This document shows, one piece after another, positions 27,137-37,698 of a stretch of DNA of 64,000 nt (position 1 is its first letter; the number at the start of each line of letters is the position of its first letter). The translations under genes and the position numbers were made by a program. The DNA lies in the NCBI GenBank assembly GCA_050253075.1, contig JBFWJS010000003.1, positions 181,458-245,457 on the forward strand, read 5' to 3'. The DNA is from Deferribacterales bacterium (lineage in GTDB: Bacteria; Chrysiogenota; Deferribacteres; Deferribacterales; Geovibrionaceae). The notes under the pieces are model-generated. The model had not been told where the DNA came from. It saw nothing but the letters and a program-made list of their open reading frames with translations, and made no database searches.

Positions 27137-29371
27137 ATGAGAAAGGTGGCAATATTGTGCATAACGGCACTGTTAGCCGTGAGTGCCAATGCGATGGGGC
27201 TTCAGGACATGATAGGAGAGGTTTCGAGAAACAATCCGTCTGTCAAAGAAAAGCTGAAATATTATAATTCCGTTTATCAGGAATATGAAAAAGCAAAGGG
27301 CGGATACCTGCCGAGGCTCGATCTCTATGGAGGGGTAGGGCACGAATGGGTCAGCAACTCCAATACAGACTATGAAGAGAGAGACAGCGACGTTTATCAG
27401 GCGAGGATTGTCCTTCAGCAGGATATATTCACAGGCTTCGGCGTGCAGAATGAAGTGAAAAAGGAATATGCGAAGCTGAACTCTGCGAAATACACATATT
27501 TTAACGAAGTGAACGAAGTCGCTTTCGAAACAGCCACACAGTATATCAGTGCTGTTAAAAGCCTTCAGATGTTTGACTTTTCCAACGAACTGCTGAAAAA
27601 ACAGCAGGTATATATCGACATGATACAAGACAGGGTTGATCAGGGGATGGACCTTGCCTCTGATCTGGAAAGGGCAAACGCTAAAGTCGCCGGCATGCTG
27701 GCAGACAACCTGATGAAAGAGAATGTGCACAGGGCAGCCCTGATAAAGCTGAGCAAGCTGCTCGGCAGATATATCGAAGGGAACGAGCTCATCAGACCGG
27801 ACTTTGACATTGCGAACATACCCGCAAGCCTTCAGGACGGAATGGTGACACTGAAAAATGAGAACCCTATGCTCGTCTCTGCCAAATACGACATCGATTA
27901 TCAAAAATTTAACCACAAAGAGAGCAAGAAAGAATATTTCCCACGTATTTATGCGGAATTTTCACATGACATAAACGACAACATGAGCGGTGTGGACGGA
28001 TTCGAAAGAGAAACCAGAGCCATGCTTATGATGGATTTCAACCTCTTCAACGGTACGAAAGACGTGGACGAGGCGAAGAAGAACGTAAGTCTTTATCACA
28101 AATCTGTAGATGCTAAAAACCGTGTATCAAGAGACCTCGCAAGCGACTATCAGCTCACATGGTCTGCCCACAGGCTTCTCATGAAACAGATATCCTATCT
28201 GCAGAAGAATAAGAACGCTCTCGAAAAAGTGCTGAAATCTTATAAATCAGAATTCAAGATCGGCAAGAGAAAGCTGATAGACATAATGAATCTGGAAAAC
28301 GAGATATTCGCCGTGGACGGAAAGATAACAGAAGCACGCTATGATGCGCTCCTGTTTAAATACAAACTCCTGTATACCCTCGGTACTCTTCCACAGGCGC
28401 TGCAGGTCGTGACACCTGTTGCCTACGGCTCGGACGATCTGCCTGAGATGGAAGACAAGCTCCCCGTGTCATTCGACATGGACGAAGATAAGGTAGAGGA
28501 TGCGGGCGACTTCTGCCAGAATTCCAAAGGCGGAGAGATCGGCAGCGGATGCGACGAGAAAACAACCGAGACATTCCTCAACTCGCCATTCGTGGAGCCG
28601 AAACCTGCCCTTGATTCCCGTGTGATCAGCAGTGTTTCCGAGCTCGCAACGAACAAGCTGAAGACAAACTCAAGGGTGACCACAGGCATAGAATTCTTTG
28701 AAAAAGATTCCACAGAACTGACAATGGACGCTGTAGAGATCATGAGAGAGATGGTGAAACAGCTTCAGGAGATCAGCTCCGGGAACAGCATAGAGATATA
28801 TGTTTACTCGGCAGATAACGGTGATGCCGCAGCAGATTATCAACTCTCCTCAAAGAGGGCTTACAACCTTTTCAGGATAATGCTGATAAACAACGTCAGC
28901 CGTTCGGCTCTTATCACATACGGCAAGGATTACCCAAAAGCCGAGAAGTACCCGCAGAACTTCGTAGAGATCATCGTCAGAGACTCGAGCGAAACATACG
29001 AGAACGTCTATGAGATATACTCCGGCTCTGACCTGTCATTTGTGAATGAAGACGGCGCAGATAAGACGGCTAATCCAGGCAGCCTGAGCGCAACCGGACG
29101 TGAGAGCCTGAGACAGTATGCCATGATGGCTAAGACTGTCGGCTCGGATGTCGCTGTTGACGTTATCAACTTCAGCTATGACAAGGCTGATCCGCTGAAT
29201 AACAAAAAGGTCAGCGAGGAGAGGTCGAAAATAGTCTCCGAAGAGATCGCAAAGATGGATATCGAAAACATACGAATCACTAATTTCGGGATAGACTACG
29301 AGCTTCTCGATGATATCTCCTATGGTAAGGACGCACCAAAAAATAAAACGTATCTGATCATTCATAAATAA
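27137..29371 (+). CDS. TolC/LapE-family outer-membrane channel with a C-terminal extension (TSP3-like linker and two degenerate OmpA-like domains)
   Basis: Signal peptide; GGYLPRLDL, YFPRI, EFKIGKRKLIDIMN; after about aa 430, DMDEDKVEDAGDFC..GC, then LSSKRA and VSEERS motifs. Confidence 0.88.
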   Translation: MRKVAILCITALLAVSANAMGLQDMIGEVSRNNPSVKEKLKYYNSVYQEYEKAKGGYLPRLDLYGGVGHEWVSNSNTDYEERDSDVYQARIVLQQDIFTGFGVQNEVKKEYAKLNSAKYTYFNEVNEVAFETATQYISAVKSLQMFDFSNELLKKQQVYIDMIQDRVDQGMDLASDLERANAKVAGMLADNLMKENVHRAALIKLSKLLGRYIEGNELIRPDFDIANIPASLQDGMVTLKNENPMLVSAKYDIDYQKFNHKESKKEYFPRIYAEFSHDINDNMSGVDGFERETRAMLMMDFNLFNGTKDVDEAKKNVSLYHKSVDAKNRVSRDLASDYQLTWSAHRLLMKQISYLQKNKNALEKVLKSYKSEFKIGKRKLIDIMNLENEIFAVDGKITEARYDALLFKYKLLYTLGTLPQALQVVTPVAYGSDDLPEMEDKLPVSFDMDEDKVEDAGDFCQNSKGGEIGSGCDEKTTETFLNSPFVEPKPALDSRVISSVSELATNKLKTNSRVTTGIEFFEKDSTELTMDAVEIMREMVKQLQEISSGNSIEIYVYSADNGDAAADYQLSSKRAYNLFRIMLINNVSRSALITYGKDYPKAEKYPQNFVEIIVRDSSETYENVYEIYSGSDLSFVNEDGADKTANPGSLSATGRESLRQYAMMAKTVGSDVAVDVINFSYDKADPLNNKKVSEERSKIVSEEIAKMDIENIRITNFGIDYELLDDISYGKDAPKNKTYLIIHK

Positions 29372-29379
29372 TTTATTAC

Positions 29380-29407
29380 GGGCGGGGTTTCGGCTCCGCC
29401 TCATTTT
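29380..29407 (+). terminator. Internal hairpin (weak terminator or stabiliser) between the tolC and ABC genes
   Basis: GGCGGGGT-ttcg-GCTCCGCC followed by TCATTTT. Confidence 0.45.
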
Positions 29408-29424
29408 CACAGGAAAGGGCAGTC

Positions 29425-31551
29425 TTGAATAATATAAGTATCGATAACGAAAGTTTGTTTCGCACCTTCAGGCAGTTTGTCTCAAAATATACAGGAATAT
29501 CTCAGGCTCTGATGATGGACTCTATCCCCGTTGAAGAGGGGAAGACAGCTCCCGATATGCTCGCCCACACGGGGAAACAGAGCAATGTGGAGATCATGTC
29601 CCAAAACTGCGGACTGAGGTCGAGATTTATCATAAAGAAGCCTCTGGAAATACACACCGAGGCACTCCCCCTTATCGCTTTTATGAAGGACGGCTCGACA
29701 GTTATCTTAGAGGAGAACAGCCCGTCGGAAGACTCTGTGCTGTGTACGGATGCTAATGGCAAAACCGTAAGGATAAGCAAATATAAATTTGCCGAAGAGG
29801 CGGACGAGACGGTTCTGTTGCTGAAAAAAGAGCTGAAAATCGATGAGAGCATTGGTGAGAAGAAGCGTAATAAGTGGTTCTTCGACGCTGTATGGCTTTC
29901 GAAATTTATTTATCTGGACGTTATAGCGGCATCTTTATTTATAAATCTCTTTGGTATAGTGACGCCTCTATTCACCATGAACGTATACGACAGGATAGTG
30001 CCGAACCACGCCGTGGAGTCCCTGTGGGCTCTTGCCGTGGGTGTCATCACGGTATTCTGCTTTGACGCTGTTTTAAAGTATATGAGGCATCATTTTCTCG
30101 AAATATCGGCGAAAAAGACAGACCTGCTCCTTTCGGGCAGGATGTTCCGTAAGGTGATGGATCTGAACCTGAGCGACAGGCCGAAGGTTATCGGCTCTTT
30201 CGCTTCGAATCTGAAAGACTTTGACATGATAAGGAATTTTTTATCATCGTCCACAGTTTCGCTAATTGTGGATCTGCCGTTTATGATCATCTTTCTGGTC
30301 TTGATAGCATATATCGCAGGCTTCATCGTAGTAATCCCCATCTCGGTGATAATAATACTGCTGATGTATGCTCTCATAATCAGAAAGCCGATAAATGCTC
30401 TGGTAACGGAGAATTATAATGTCTCTTCCAAAAAGAACGGCATGCTTATCGAGTCTCTGAAAACTCTGGAAACTATAAAGTCGTTCAACTTTCACAAGCA
30501 TAAGATGTGGGAGTGGGACAACATAGTCTCTAAGGCGGCGTATATAAATAAGTCGCTGAAGGGGCTCTCTTATTCAATGAATACATTTTTCAACTTTATG
30601 GTGAATCTGACGACAGTATCAGTCGTTATCACAGGTGTTTACCTCATCTCTGAGCTGGAGCTCACCACGGGCGGTCTGATAGCCGCCGTTATGCTCTCCT
30701 CCAGAGCCGTAGCACCGGTCGGGCAGGCGATATCGCTCATCACCAGCTACGATCAGGCAAAGGTCGCCTTTAAAGGGATAGACGACATAATGCAGAAAGA
30801 ATCCGAAACAATAGACAGCTCAAATCTGCTGAACATTGAGCATATAAAAGGGAGCATCGCCTTCCGCAATGTCAGCTTTAAATATCATGAAGAGGGCGCA
30901 TATGCGCTGAAAAATGTCAGCTTCACTGTTCAGCCGGGCGAGAAAGTTGCCATACTGGGAAAGATGGGCTCGGGTAAATCCACCCTGCAGAAGCTGATCA
31001 TGGGCTTCTTTCACCCCAACGACGGCGAGGTGCTCATAGACGGTATATCCGTCTCACAGATAAACCCCGTGATGCTGAGGGACAATATCAGCTATGTCTC
31101 CCAGAACGTGGAGCTCTTCCGTGGAACGATGAAGCAGAACCTATGCATAAGAAAAACAGACGCAAGCGATCAGGAGATAGTGAACGCCGTGAACATAGCC
31201 GGGCTCGGTGGTTTTATAAACAGGCACCCGCAGGGGCTCTCAGCCGAGATAGCCGAAGACGGTCATAACCTTTCGGGCGGGCAGAAGCAGTCTATCACCA
31301 TCGCAAGGGCATTCATCGGTGACAGCAGTATAGCGCTGATGGACGAGCCCACCGACGGCATAGACCACAATACCGAGATGGCAGTCATTCATAACCTTAG
31401 GCAGGTGCTGAAGGATAAGACCCTTTTCCTCATCACCCATAAGAACAGCCTGCTCGATCTGGTGGACAGGGTGATACTGCTGGAGGACGGCGGAATACTG
31501 TTTGACGGTTCAAAGGAAGAGATGTTCAAGCGATTTAGTAAGGTGTCATAA
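29425..31551 (+). CDS. Type I secretion permease/ATPase (LapB/LssB-like)
   Basis: C39-like N-terminal region, PLFTMNVYDRIVPN, Walker A GKMGSGKS, LSGGQKQ, MDEPT; TTG start. Confidence 0.93.
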   Translation: MNNISIDNESLFRTFRQFVSKYTGISQALMMDSIPVEEGKTAPDMLAHTGKQSNVEIMSQNCGLRSRFIIKKPLEIHTEALPLIAFMKDGSTVILEENSPSEDSVLCTDANGKTVRISKYKFAEEADETVLLLKKELKIDESIGEKKRNKWFFDAVWLSKFIYLDVIAASLFINLFGIVTPLFTMNVYDRIVPNHAVESLWALAVGVITVFCFDAVLKYMRHHFLEISAKKTDLLLSGRMFRKVMDLNLSDRPKVIGSFASNLKDFDMIRNFLSSSTVSLIVDLPFMIIFLVLIAYIAGFIVVIPISVIIILLMYALIIRKPINALVTENYNVSSKKNGMLIESLKTLETIKSFNFHKHKMWEWDNIVSKAAYINKSLKGLSYSMNTFFNFMVNLTTVSVVITGVYLISELELTTGGLIAAVMLSSRAVAPVGQAISLITSYDQAKVAFKGIDDIMQKESETIDSSNLLNIEHIKGSIAFRNVSFKYHEEGAYALKNVSFTVQPGEKVAILGKMGSGKSTLQKLIMGFFHPNDGEVLIDGISVSQINPVMLRDNISYVSQNVELFRGTMKQNLCIRKTDASDQEIVNAVNIAGLGGFINRHPQGLSAEIAEDGHNLSGGQKQSITIARAFIGDSSIALMDEPTDGIDHNTEMAVIHNLRQVLKDKTLFLITHKNSLLDLVDRVILLEDGGILFDGSKEEMFKRFSKVS

Positions 31552-32883
31552 ATGTTTGCAGATTCTAAAAATAACGAGCTGGACTTTATATCGGCAAAGT
31601 CGGCCTCTATGCTGGAGACCAACTCGAGAAAATCGAAGATAATTATCTGGCTTATCATGCTGTTTATCCTATGCGCAGTCGCATGGGCTTCACTGGCGAA
31701 GGTGGACGAGATCGTGCGCGGCGTGGGGAAGATCATCCCGTCGAAGCATGTGCAGATCATACAAAACCTCGAAGGAGGGATAGTCTCGGAGATATTTGTC
31801 AGACCGGGAGATATTGTCGAAGCCGGGCAGAAGCTCATGAAGATAGATAATAAGCGGAACGAGAGCGGACTGGGTGAAAACACGGTCAGCATGAACGGTC
31901 TGAAAGCAAAGGCCGTGAGGCTGTATGCGGAGAGTCAGGGGATATCTTTCGACGAATCTCTGAAAAAGCTCGGGTATGAATCGCTCCCCACGGGACTGCT
32001 GAATAACGAAGAGTTGCTATATATCAAAGATATGCAGTATCTGAACAACGACGGACAAATGATAAACGAACAGATAAATCAGGTAGTGATAAGGAATCAG
32101 GAGCTGACATCGAGGATAAGCAACCTGAAAGAAGGGCTGGCTCTTACAAAGGCGGAGATAGACATGACAGAGCCGCTGGTATACAGCGGGGCAGCGTCGA
32201 AGATAGACCTGCTGAAACTGCAGAAAGAGCATAACTCGACCCAGACAGAGATAGAATCCGCAGGGATAAAGATAAAAGAAAACAATGCCGCAGCAGCGGA
32301 ATACCGCAAAAAACTGCAGGAAGGTCAGATAAATTTCAGAAGCAGAGCCCAAAAGGAATATAACGAAACCGTTTCAGAGATTGAAAGGGTGTCTGAGACC
32401 ATAACAGGGTTCGAAGATCAGGTAAGCCGAAGTGAAGTGCTGTCCCCCGTGAAAGGGATAGTGAAGAAGATATATGTGAACACTGTCGGCGGTGTTATCC
32501 GACCGGGGATGGATATAATGGAGGTTGTGCCTATGGGAGACGTACTTGAGGTCGAGGCGAAGATAAAACCCTCGGACATCGGTTTCATCCACGAGGGGCA
32601 GAAAGCATTGATAAAGTTCACCGCTTTTGATTTCAGCATATACGGCGGGCTGGATGCGCTGGTCACATATGTAAGCCCCGATACGTCCATAGAGGAGAAA
32701 GAGGTCTACTACACCGTAAAGCTCGAGACATCTTCTAACGAGATAATAAAAGACGGGCGTGTGCATAAGATCATCCCGGGGATGGTCGTCTCCGCAGATA
32801 TCATAACGGGGAAAAAGACCATTATGGACTATATACTTAAGCCTGTGCTGAAGACAAAGCAGGCTGCGTTCAGTGAACGATAA
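31552..32883 (+). CDS. HlyD-family T1SS periplasmic adaptor (LapC-like)
   Basis: One TM; GKIIPS..Q.IQNLEGGIV; SPVKGIV..TVGGVIRPG; IIPGM..ADI.TGKKT..DY.LKP. Confidence 0.94.
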   Translation: MFADSKNNELDFISAKSASMLETNSRKSKIIIWLIMLFILCAVAWASLAKVDEIVRGVGKIIPSKHVQIIQNLEGGIVSEIFVRPGDIVEAGQKLMKIDNKRNESGLGENTVSMNGLKAKAVRLYAESQGISFDESLKKLGYESLPTGLLNNEELLYIKDMQYLNNDGQMINEQINQVVIRNQELTSRISNLKEGLALTKAEIDMTEPLVYSGAASKIDLLKLQKEHNSTQTEIESAGIKIKENNAAAAEYRKKLQEGQINFRSRAQKEYNETVSEIERVSETITGFEDQVSRSEVLSPVKGIVKKIYVNTVGGVIRPGMDIMEVVPMGDVLEVEAKIKPSDIGFIHEGQKALIKFTAFDFSIYGGLDALVTYVSPDTSIEEKEVYYTVKLETSSNEIIKDGRVHKIIPGMVVSADIITGKKTIMDYILKPVLKTKQAAFSER

Positions 32884-32946
32884 ACAAAATGAATCGATAG
32901 TGTGAAATATATGTCTTTTTTTTATAAATCTGATACAATGAGTACA

Positions 32947-33882
32947 ATGAATATAAAGCTGAAACACATCCAACAAATAGAGACCATAGCACGTCTCGGC
33001 AGTTTCAATAAAGCAGCCGAGGAGCTCTCGCTAAGCCAGCCTGCACTCAGCAGATCAATAGCATCGCTGGAAGAGCTTTTAAACGTGCCTATATTTAACA
33101 GGACGACGAGACAGATCCGTGTCACACACATCGGACAGATCATACTCGACATGGGGATGCCCCTGCTGAACGGCATGGAAAACCTTGAAAAGAACATAAG
33201 CTCCATCATCGGGCTGGATAAAGGCAAGATCGTCTTTGGAAGTGCGCCTTATCCCACGGCGACATATCTGCTGAAAGCGCTCACTTCATTCAGCGAGCAG
33301 TATCCCGACATAGATGTAAAAATATTGGAAAGTTCACCCGATATGCTGATAAAGCTGCTGCTGGACAGGAAAATAGATTTTTACATCGGAGACATCCGCT
33401 TTATAAACCATCTGGAGCACTTTGAGTATCTCGAAAAGATACTTCTGCCGAAAGAGAAGGTCTATCTCTGCTGCAGGAAAGGACACCCGATACTCGAAGG
33501 CGAGATAACACCCGAGGCTATAAAGAGCTATCCTTTCGCCTCTATCCCTGCGCCCATCGAACTTTTTGCAGATTCTCAGCTATTTGACATAAGCGGCATA
33601 TCATCACTGGATGAACTGCCTGTGCAGGTCATCACCAGCTCAAACCTTAACCTTATGATAGGGTATGTGTCGACGACAAATGCCATAGGTATGATGACGG
33701 AAACTGTTATGAAGCAGTGGAATTATGACCTTGAGCTTATCGACGTGCCATTTGTAAATATCCATACGAACATGGCGATAGTCTTTTTAAAGCACTCTTT
33801 TATGTACCCTGCGTCTAAGCGGATGTCGGATATCATTCTGGATGTTGCCAGAGAATTTTACGAGACGGAAGGGCATTATTAG
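32947..33882 (+). CDS. LysR-family transcriptional regulator
   Basis: GSFNKAAEELSLSQPALSRSI..LEE....IFNRTTR; start placed at MNIKLK by family alignment (track start 32902). Confidence 0.9.
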   Translation: MNIKLKHIQQIETIARLGSFNKAAEELSLSQPALSRSIASLEELLNVPIFNRTTRQIRVTHIGQIILDMGMPLLNGMENLEKNISSIIGLDKGKIVFGSAPYPTATYLLKALTSFSEQYPDIDVKILESSPDMLIKLLLDRKIDFYIGDIRFINHLEHFEYLEKILLPKEKVYLCCRKGHPILEGEITPEAIKSYPFASIPAPIELFADSQLFDISGISSLDELPVQVITSSNLNLMIGYVSTTNAIGMMTETVMKQWNYDLELIDVPFVNIHTNMAIVFLKHSFMYPASKRMSDIILDVAREFYETEGHY

Positions 33883-33904
33883 CCGCTTAATTACAAGCAT
33901 CAAT

Positions 33905-35518
33905 CTATAATGAGCTGTGCACATAGTTCAGCTTATAAAGCGTCCATACGGGCTTGCCGTCCATGTCCACAGACCTGACCTTTGTCATCACCACGCCCGG
34001 GGTATTTGTCTCAGGGCTCAGCTTTTCGTCCTCAGACAGGAAGTATGCCGACCTGTTATCTGCCGATCCTTTCAGTTCGTTCATCCCGCTCCTTATGATA
34101 TTTTGCCCCACTGCCCAGACCAGCTTCATGTTGTTGTTGTCGGAGTAGAGCTCGGCCTTTTCACCCGTTAGCACGGTGCGCAGTTCGTGCAGGAGTACAA
34201 AGTCCTTATTAGGGATTATCTCCTGAGCAAGAGGCGGGACAACGTTTATCAGCACGATGAAAGTGATGACGACGGAGTGTATGTATGAAGTGCCCGAGCG
34301 GAGGCGTATGCTTCTGTATGCGGCATAGTTTGAAACCAGAGCTATGGCGAGCATTATAAGGTCGTTGTCCGATGCATTCGGTCTGGTATATGCGTATACC
34401 ACCGACGCTGTTACCAGGAGAGAGATCAATACGGTCAGCGCCATATACATGTTTATTATCAGCCTGTCGCTTCTGCTTAGTACCTCTTTCTTGAAAGCGT
34501 TTACGAGGTATCTCAGGTAATGCGACACTATAACGGCCATCGGTATGGTGACAGGGAGTAGGTATCTGTCCTTTTTTTCCGGTATCACGGCCAGCAGGAT
34601 GACCATTATCACCGTCCATAAAAGGAGCATCTGATAGTTTTTATTTTTACCTATCTTTTTATAAGCGTATGAAGGCCACATCATAGGCAGAATAATGAAT
34701 ACCCATATGCCCGACATAGCGGGGAACTGAAGGTAATACCAGAATGGCTTTATGTGCCTTGAGAACCAAGCCTGACTTTCATCTTTTACTATGCTGTGCA
34801 GCTCTGCGGGCATGTGTGTGTAGACATACAGAGGCCATGCGGTACTGACAGCAAGGCATACCAGCGTCATTACGGTAAAGTGCCTGAAGAGGTCCCCGGT
34901 GTATTCCTGTCTGTATATCACGGCGTGGCTTATCAGAAAGGGCAGAAGCAGAGCATAGAAAGATACGGGCCCCTTGCTGAGCCATGACAGCCCCATGAGA
35001 ACCCCTGCCGAGATGCTTGTCAGATATTTCTTTTCCTTAGAAGTGAAGGTGACGATGTAGAGCCAGACAGCCCCAAGCATGAAGCTGTGGCAAAAGATGT
35101 CCCAAGTGCCCTTCCTCGCCATATACATGAACATATAGCTGGTGGAAAGCACAATGGCAGCATATACGCCTGTTTCTCTGCTTCCTGACATCCGCTTTAC
35201 CGTCAGATATATAAATCCCACCATCAAAAGAGCAGCAAACCCTGCGGGGAGCCTGTTTGCTGCGAGGTTGTCATCTGTGCCGGATATCTTCATAGCGAGG
35301 GCTGTTGCCCATGTGGGGAGCGGCGGTTTGGCTATCCTCGGCTCTCCGTTCATGGTGGGGAGAAGCCAGTTGTTGTTCTGCACCATCTCTCTGGCGGTTA
35401 CAAAGTTCCTCGCCTCCATCAGGTCTACGTTCATATATTTGCTTCCTGAGTATATCCCGCTGAAGATGATGAAGCAGAGACCAAGTATGTATATATATTT
35501 TTTGTAAGTTTCCGCCAT
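33905..35518 (-). CDS. arnT: ArnT-like (GT83/PMT-2) membrane glycosyltransferase
   Basis: MEARNFVTAREM..NWLLPT.NGEPR.AKPPL..W, LSKGP, HIKPFWYY, KKDRYLLP; multiple TMs; RBS AGAGG favours ATG 35518. Confidence 0.82.
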   Translation of the reverse strand: MAETYKKYIYILGLCFIIFSGIYSGSKYMNVDLMEARNFVTAREMVQNNNWLLPTMNGEPRIAKPPLPTWATALAMKISGTDDNLAANRLPAGFAALLMVGFIYLTVKRMSGSRETGVYAAIVLSTSYMFMYMARKGTWDIFCHSFMLGAVWLYIVTFTSKEKKYLTSISAGVLMGLSWLSKGPVSFYALLLPFLISHAVIYRQEYTGDLFRHFTVMTLVCLAVSTAWPLYVYTHMPAELHSIVKDESQAWFSRHIKPFWYYLQFPAMSGIWVFIILPMMWPSYAYKKIGKNKNYQMLLLWTVIMVILLAVIPEKKDRYLLPVTIPMAVIVSHYLRYLVNAFKKEVLSRSDRLIINMYMALTVLISLLVTASVVYAYTRPNASDNDLIMLAIALVSNYAAYRSIRLRSGTSYIHSVVITFIVLINVVPPLAQEIIPNKDFVLLHELRTVLTGEKAELYSDNNNMKLVWAVGQNIIRSGMNELKGSADNRSAYFLSEDEKLSPETNTPGVVMTKVRSVDMDGKPVWTLYKLNYVHSSL

Positions 35519-35556
35519 ATCGCACCTCTTATCATGGCTAAGATAACTTAGCCAAA

Positions 35557-35618
35557 ATGAAGAAAGCATGAAGAGGTGCTGCGGGCTTTGAAAATAATTT
35601 TCTTCATCTTTTCTTCAT
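35557..35618. promoter_or_regulatory. Pair of divergently oriented OmpR-type tandem boxes
   Basis: ATGAAGA at 35557 and 35568; TTCTTCAT at 35600 and 35611; both have an 11-bp period, and each is followed after 10-11 nt by a TAnnnT hexamer. Confidence 0.65.
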
Positions 35619-35683
35619 TTCAGAGGAGTAGTTTATTGAATGATTTATATTGCTAATGCTCGGAGAGGTTATAAACTAAAGAT

Positions 35684-36367
35684 ATGAAAATACTTATCGT
35701 TGACGACGAGGTACAGCTCAGCACCGAGCTGAAGAATGTGCTCGAAAGCGGGAAATACGACGTAGATGTAGCCAACGCAGGCAATGAAGCACTGGATAAG
35801 ATATTCGGAAACAGCTACAACCTCATCATTCTGGATGTGATGCTCCCTGAGGTGGACGGCTTTGAGATACTGGAAGAGATACGCTCGGCAAACCTGACGA
35901 CGCCTGTGCTGATGCTGACGGCGAAGTCTGATGTGTCAGACAGGATAAACGGGCTGGACAAGGGTGCGGACGATTATCTCGTAAAGCCCTTTGCCGTGCC
36001 TGAGCTGCTGGCGAGGGTTCGTGCTCTCCTGCGCAGGGAAACTCTGGATAAAAAGCCTCTGCTGGAGATAAGCGACATCACGCTGAATACACTGACCAAC
36101 GAAGTACGCAAAGGCTCAGAAGTGCTGAACCTTACCAAAAAAGAGTTCATGGTTTTGGAATATCTGCTGTATAACAAAAACAGGACAGTGACAAAATTTT
36201 CTCTGTCTGAGCATGTCTGGGGCGACGAATTTGATGAATTCAGCGCATCTAATTACATAGATGTTCACATAAAAAACCTTAGAAAAAAGATCGGCGACGA
36301 GAACCACTCGATAATACAGACCAAGAGGGGCATAGGATACATCATTAATGATAAAGATGAAGATTAA
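35684..36367 (+). CDS. OmpR/PhoB-family response regulator
   Basis: ILIVDDE, LDVMLP..DG, GADDYLVKPF, winged HTH IDVHIKNLRKK..IQTKRGIGY. Confidence 0.95.
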   Translation: MKILIVDDEVQLSTELKNVLESGKYDVDVANAGNEALDKIFGNSYNLIILDVMLPEVDGFEILEEIRSANLTTPVLMLTAKSDVSDRINGLDKGADDYLVKPFAVPELLARVRALLRRETLDKKPLLEISDITLNTLTNEVRKGSEVLNLTKKEFMVLEYLLYNKNRTVTKFSLSEHVWGDEFDEFSASNYIDVHIKNLRKKIGDENHSIIQTKRGIGYIINDKDED

Positions 36368-37697
36368 GACCAGAATAATTTCATACACTTTCCTGTCGTG
36401 CTTCATTGTCATATCTGTCCTTTCATCTTTCATCTATATCGAGATGAAGGAGATAGTTGTCCAGACTCTTGATTCTAACGCTTCCGAGGTTGAGAAAAGT
36501 TTATTTCATCTCATCACCTCAGAGGATAAATCCATCGATGAAACAGTCAATGCAGACGAATATGCAGAGTATTACATCAACATCTCATATATGGGAGAGA
36601 GCTATGCCTCAACTCTGGGCAGACAGTTCGCTCCGCCCCAATCAGGTAAAGAAAAGTTCGTGGCTGAGCTGTACCCGATAAAAGGGGACGGGTATACGTC
36701 AAAGACCTTCAGCTTTATAAGATATGATGCAGTGCATGCAGGCTCGGCTATGAGTATACTCATAGGCATCCCCCTGGACGGTATAGAGGAAGAACTGAAC
36801 GAGCTTTTTGTGAGTGTTTCTGTCTCGACGCTGATATCTATAATAATCATAGGTCTTTTGGGCGTGTTCATTGCGAATACGATACTGAAGCCTGTGCAGG
36901 ATATTGTGAAAGCCAGCGGAAACATAAACAGCAGAAACCTCAGCGGCAGGATAAAAGTACCGGCCAGCAGAGACGAGATATATGACCTGACCATAACGCT
37001 GAACACCCTTTTCGACAGGCTGGAGAAGTCATTCAATTTGCAGAAAGAATTTATCGCAGATATTTCCCATGAGATAAAGACGCCGCTGACCATAATGAAC
37101 ATAGCCACAGATACCGCCATGCAGGAAGCCGCAGAAAACGACTCGGAAGACAAGTATCTCTTCAAAATGTATAACAACCTGAACCGCCTGAACAAGCTGG
37201 TTAAGGACATCATAAACCTAAGCTATATAGAGACAAATCAGCTCGCATCAGTTGAGGATATCCCCCTGAAGGACATGGTGGAGGACATCACGGAGAACTT
37301 CTCGGAGATGATAGAGGAAAAGGGGATCAGGCTAAGCTGTCTCTTTGAGGGCAAAGGTGTCGTAAGTGGTGAATACCGCCTGATATACAGCGCAGTGACA
37401 AACCTCATACACAACGCAGTTAAATATAACGTAACAGGCGGTTACATTCAGATATCCGTCACGGACAATGAGGGGAAGACAGAGCTGAAGGTGGAGAACT
37501 CCTGTAATGATAATTCCGGTGTGGACACAGGCAGGATATTCGACAGATTCTACCGTGCTGAAAAATCACGCTCCAGAGAATACGGCGGGGCAGGGCTCGG
37601 GCTTTCGATAGTTAAAGAGATAGTGGTGAAACATAATGGCTCTATAACTGTCTATAAAACAGATAAAAAGACGATCTCGTTCGTGATGGTGATATAG
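36348..37697 (+). CDS. Membrane sensor histidine kinase (HAMP-HisKA-HATPase)
   Basis: Two TMs, FIADISHEIKTPL, NLIHNAVKY, IFDRFYRAEKSRSR..GGAGLGLSIV; start may be 36357. Confidence 0.93.
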   Translation: MIKMKIKTRIISYTFLSCFIVISVLSSFIYIEMKEIVVQTLDSNASEVEKSLFHLITSEDKSIDETVNADEYAEYYINISYMGESYASTLGRQFAPPQSGKEKFVAELYPIKGDGYTSKTFSFIRYDAVHAGSAMSILIGIPLDGIEEELNELFVSVSVSTLISIIIIGLLGVFIANTILKPVQDIVKASGNINSRNLSGRIKVPASRDEIYDLTITLNTLFDRLEKSFNLQKEFIADISHEIKTPLTIMNIATDTAMQEAAENDSEDKYLFKMYNNLNRLNKLVKDIINLSYIETNQLASVEDIPLKDMVEDITENFSEMIEEKGIRLSCLFEGKGVVSGEYRLIYSAVTNLIHNAVKYNVTGGYIQISVTDNEGKTELKVENSCNDNSGVDTGRIFDRFYRAEKSRSREYGGAGLGLSIVKEIVVKHNGSITVYKTDKKTISFVMVI

Positions 37698-37698
37698 G

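Noticed and set aside
27173..27916. Long antisense ORFs (also 15217-15894, 47331-47981, 53759-54586, 56074-56874)
   Set aside because: These are shadow frames of well-supported genes on the opposite strand, with no motifs of their own.
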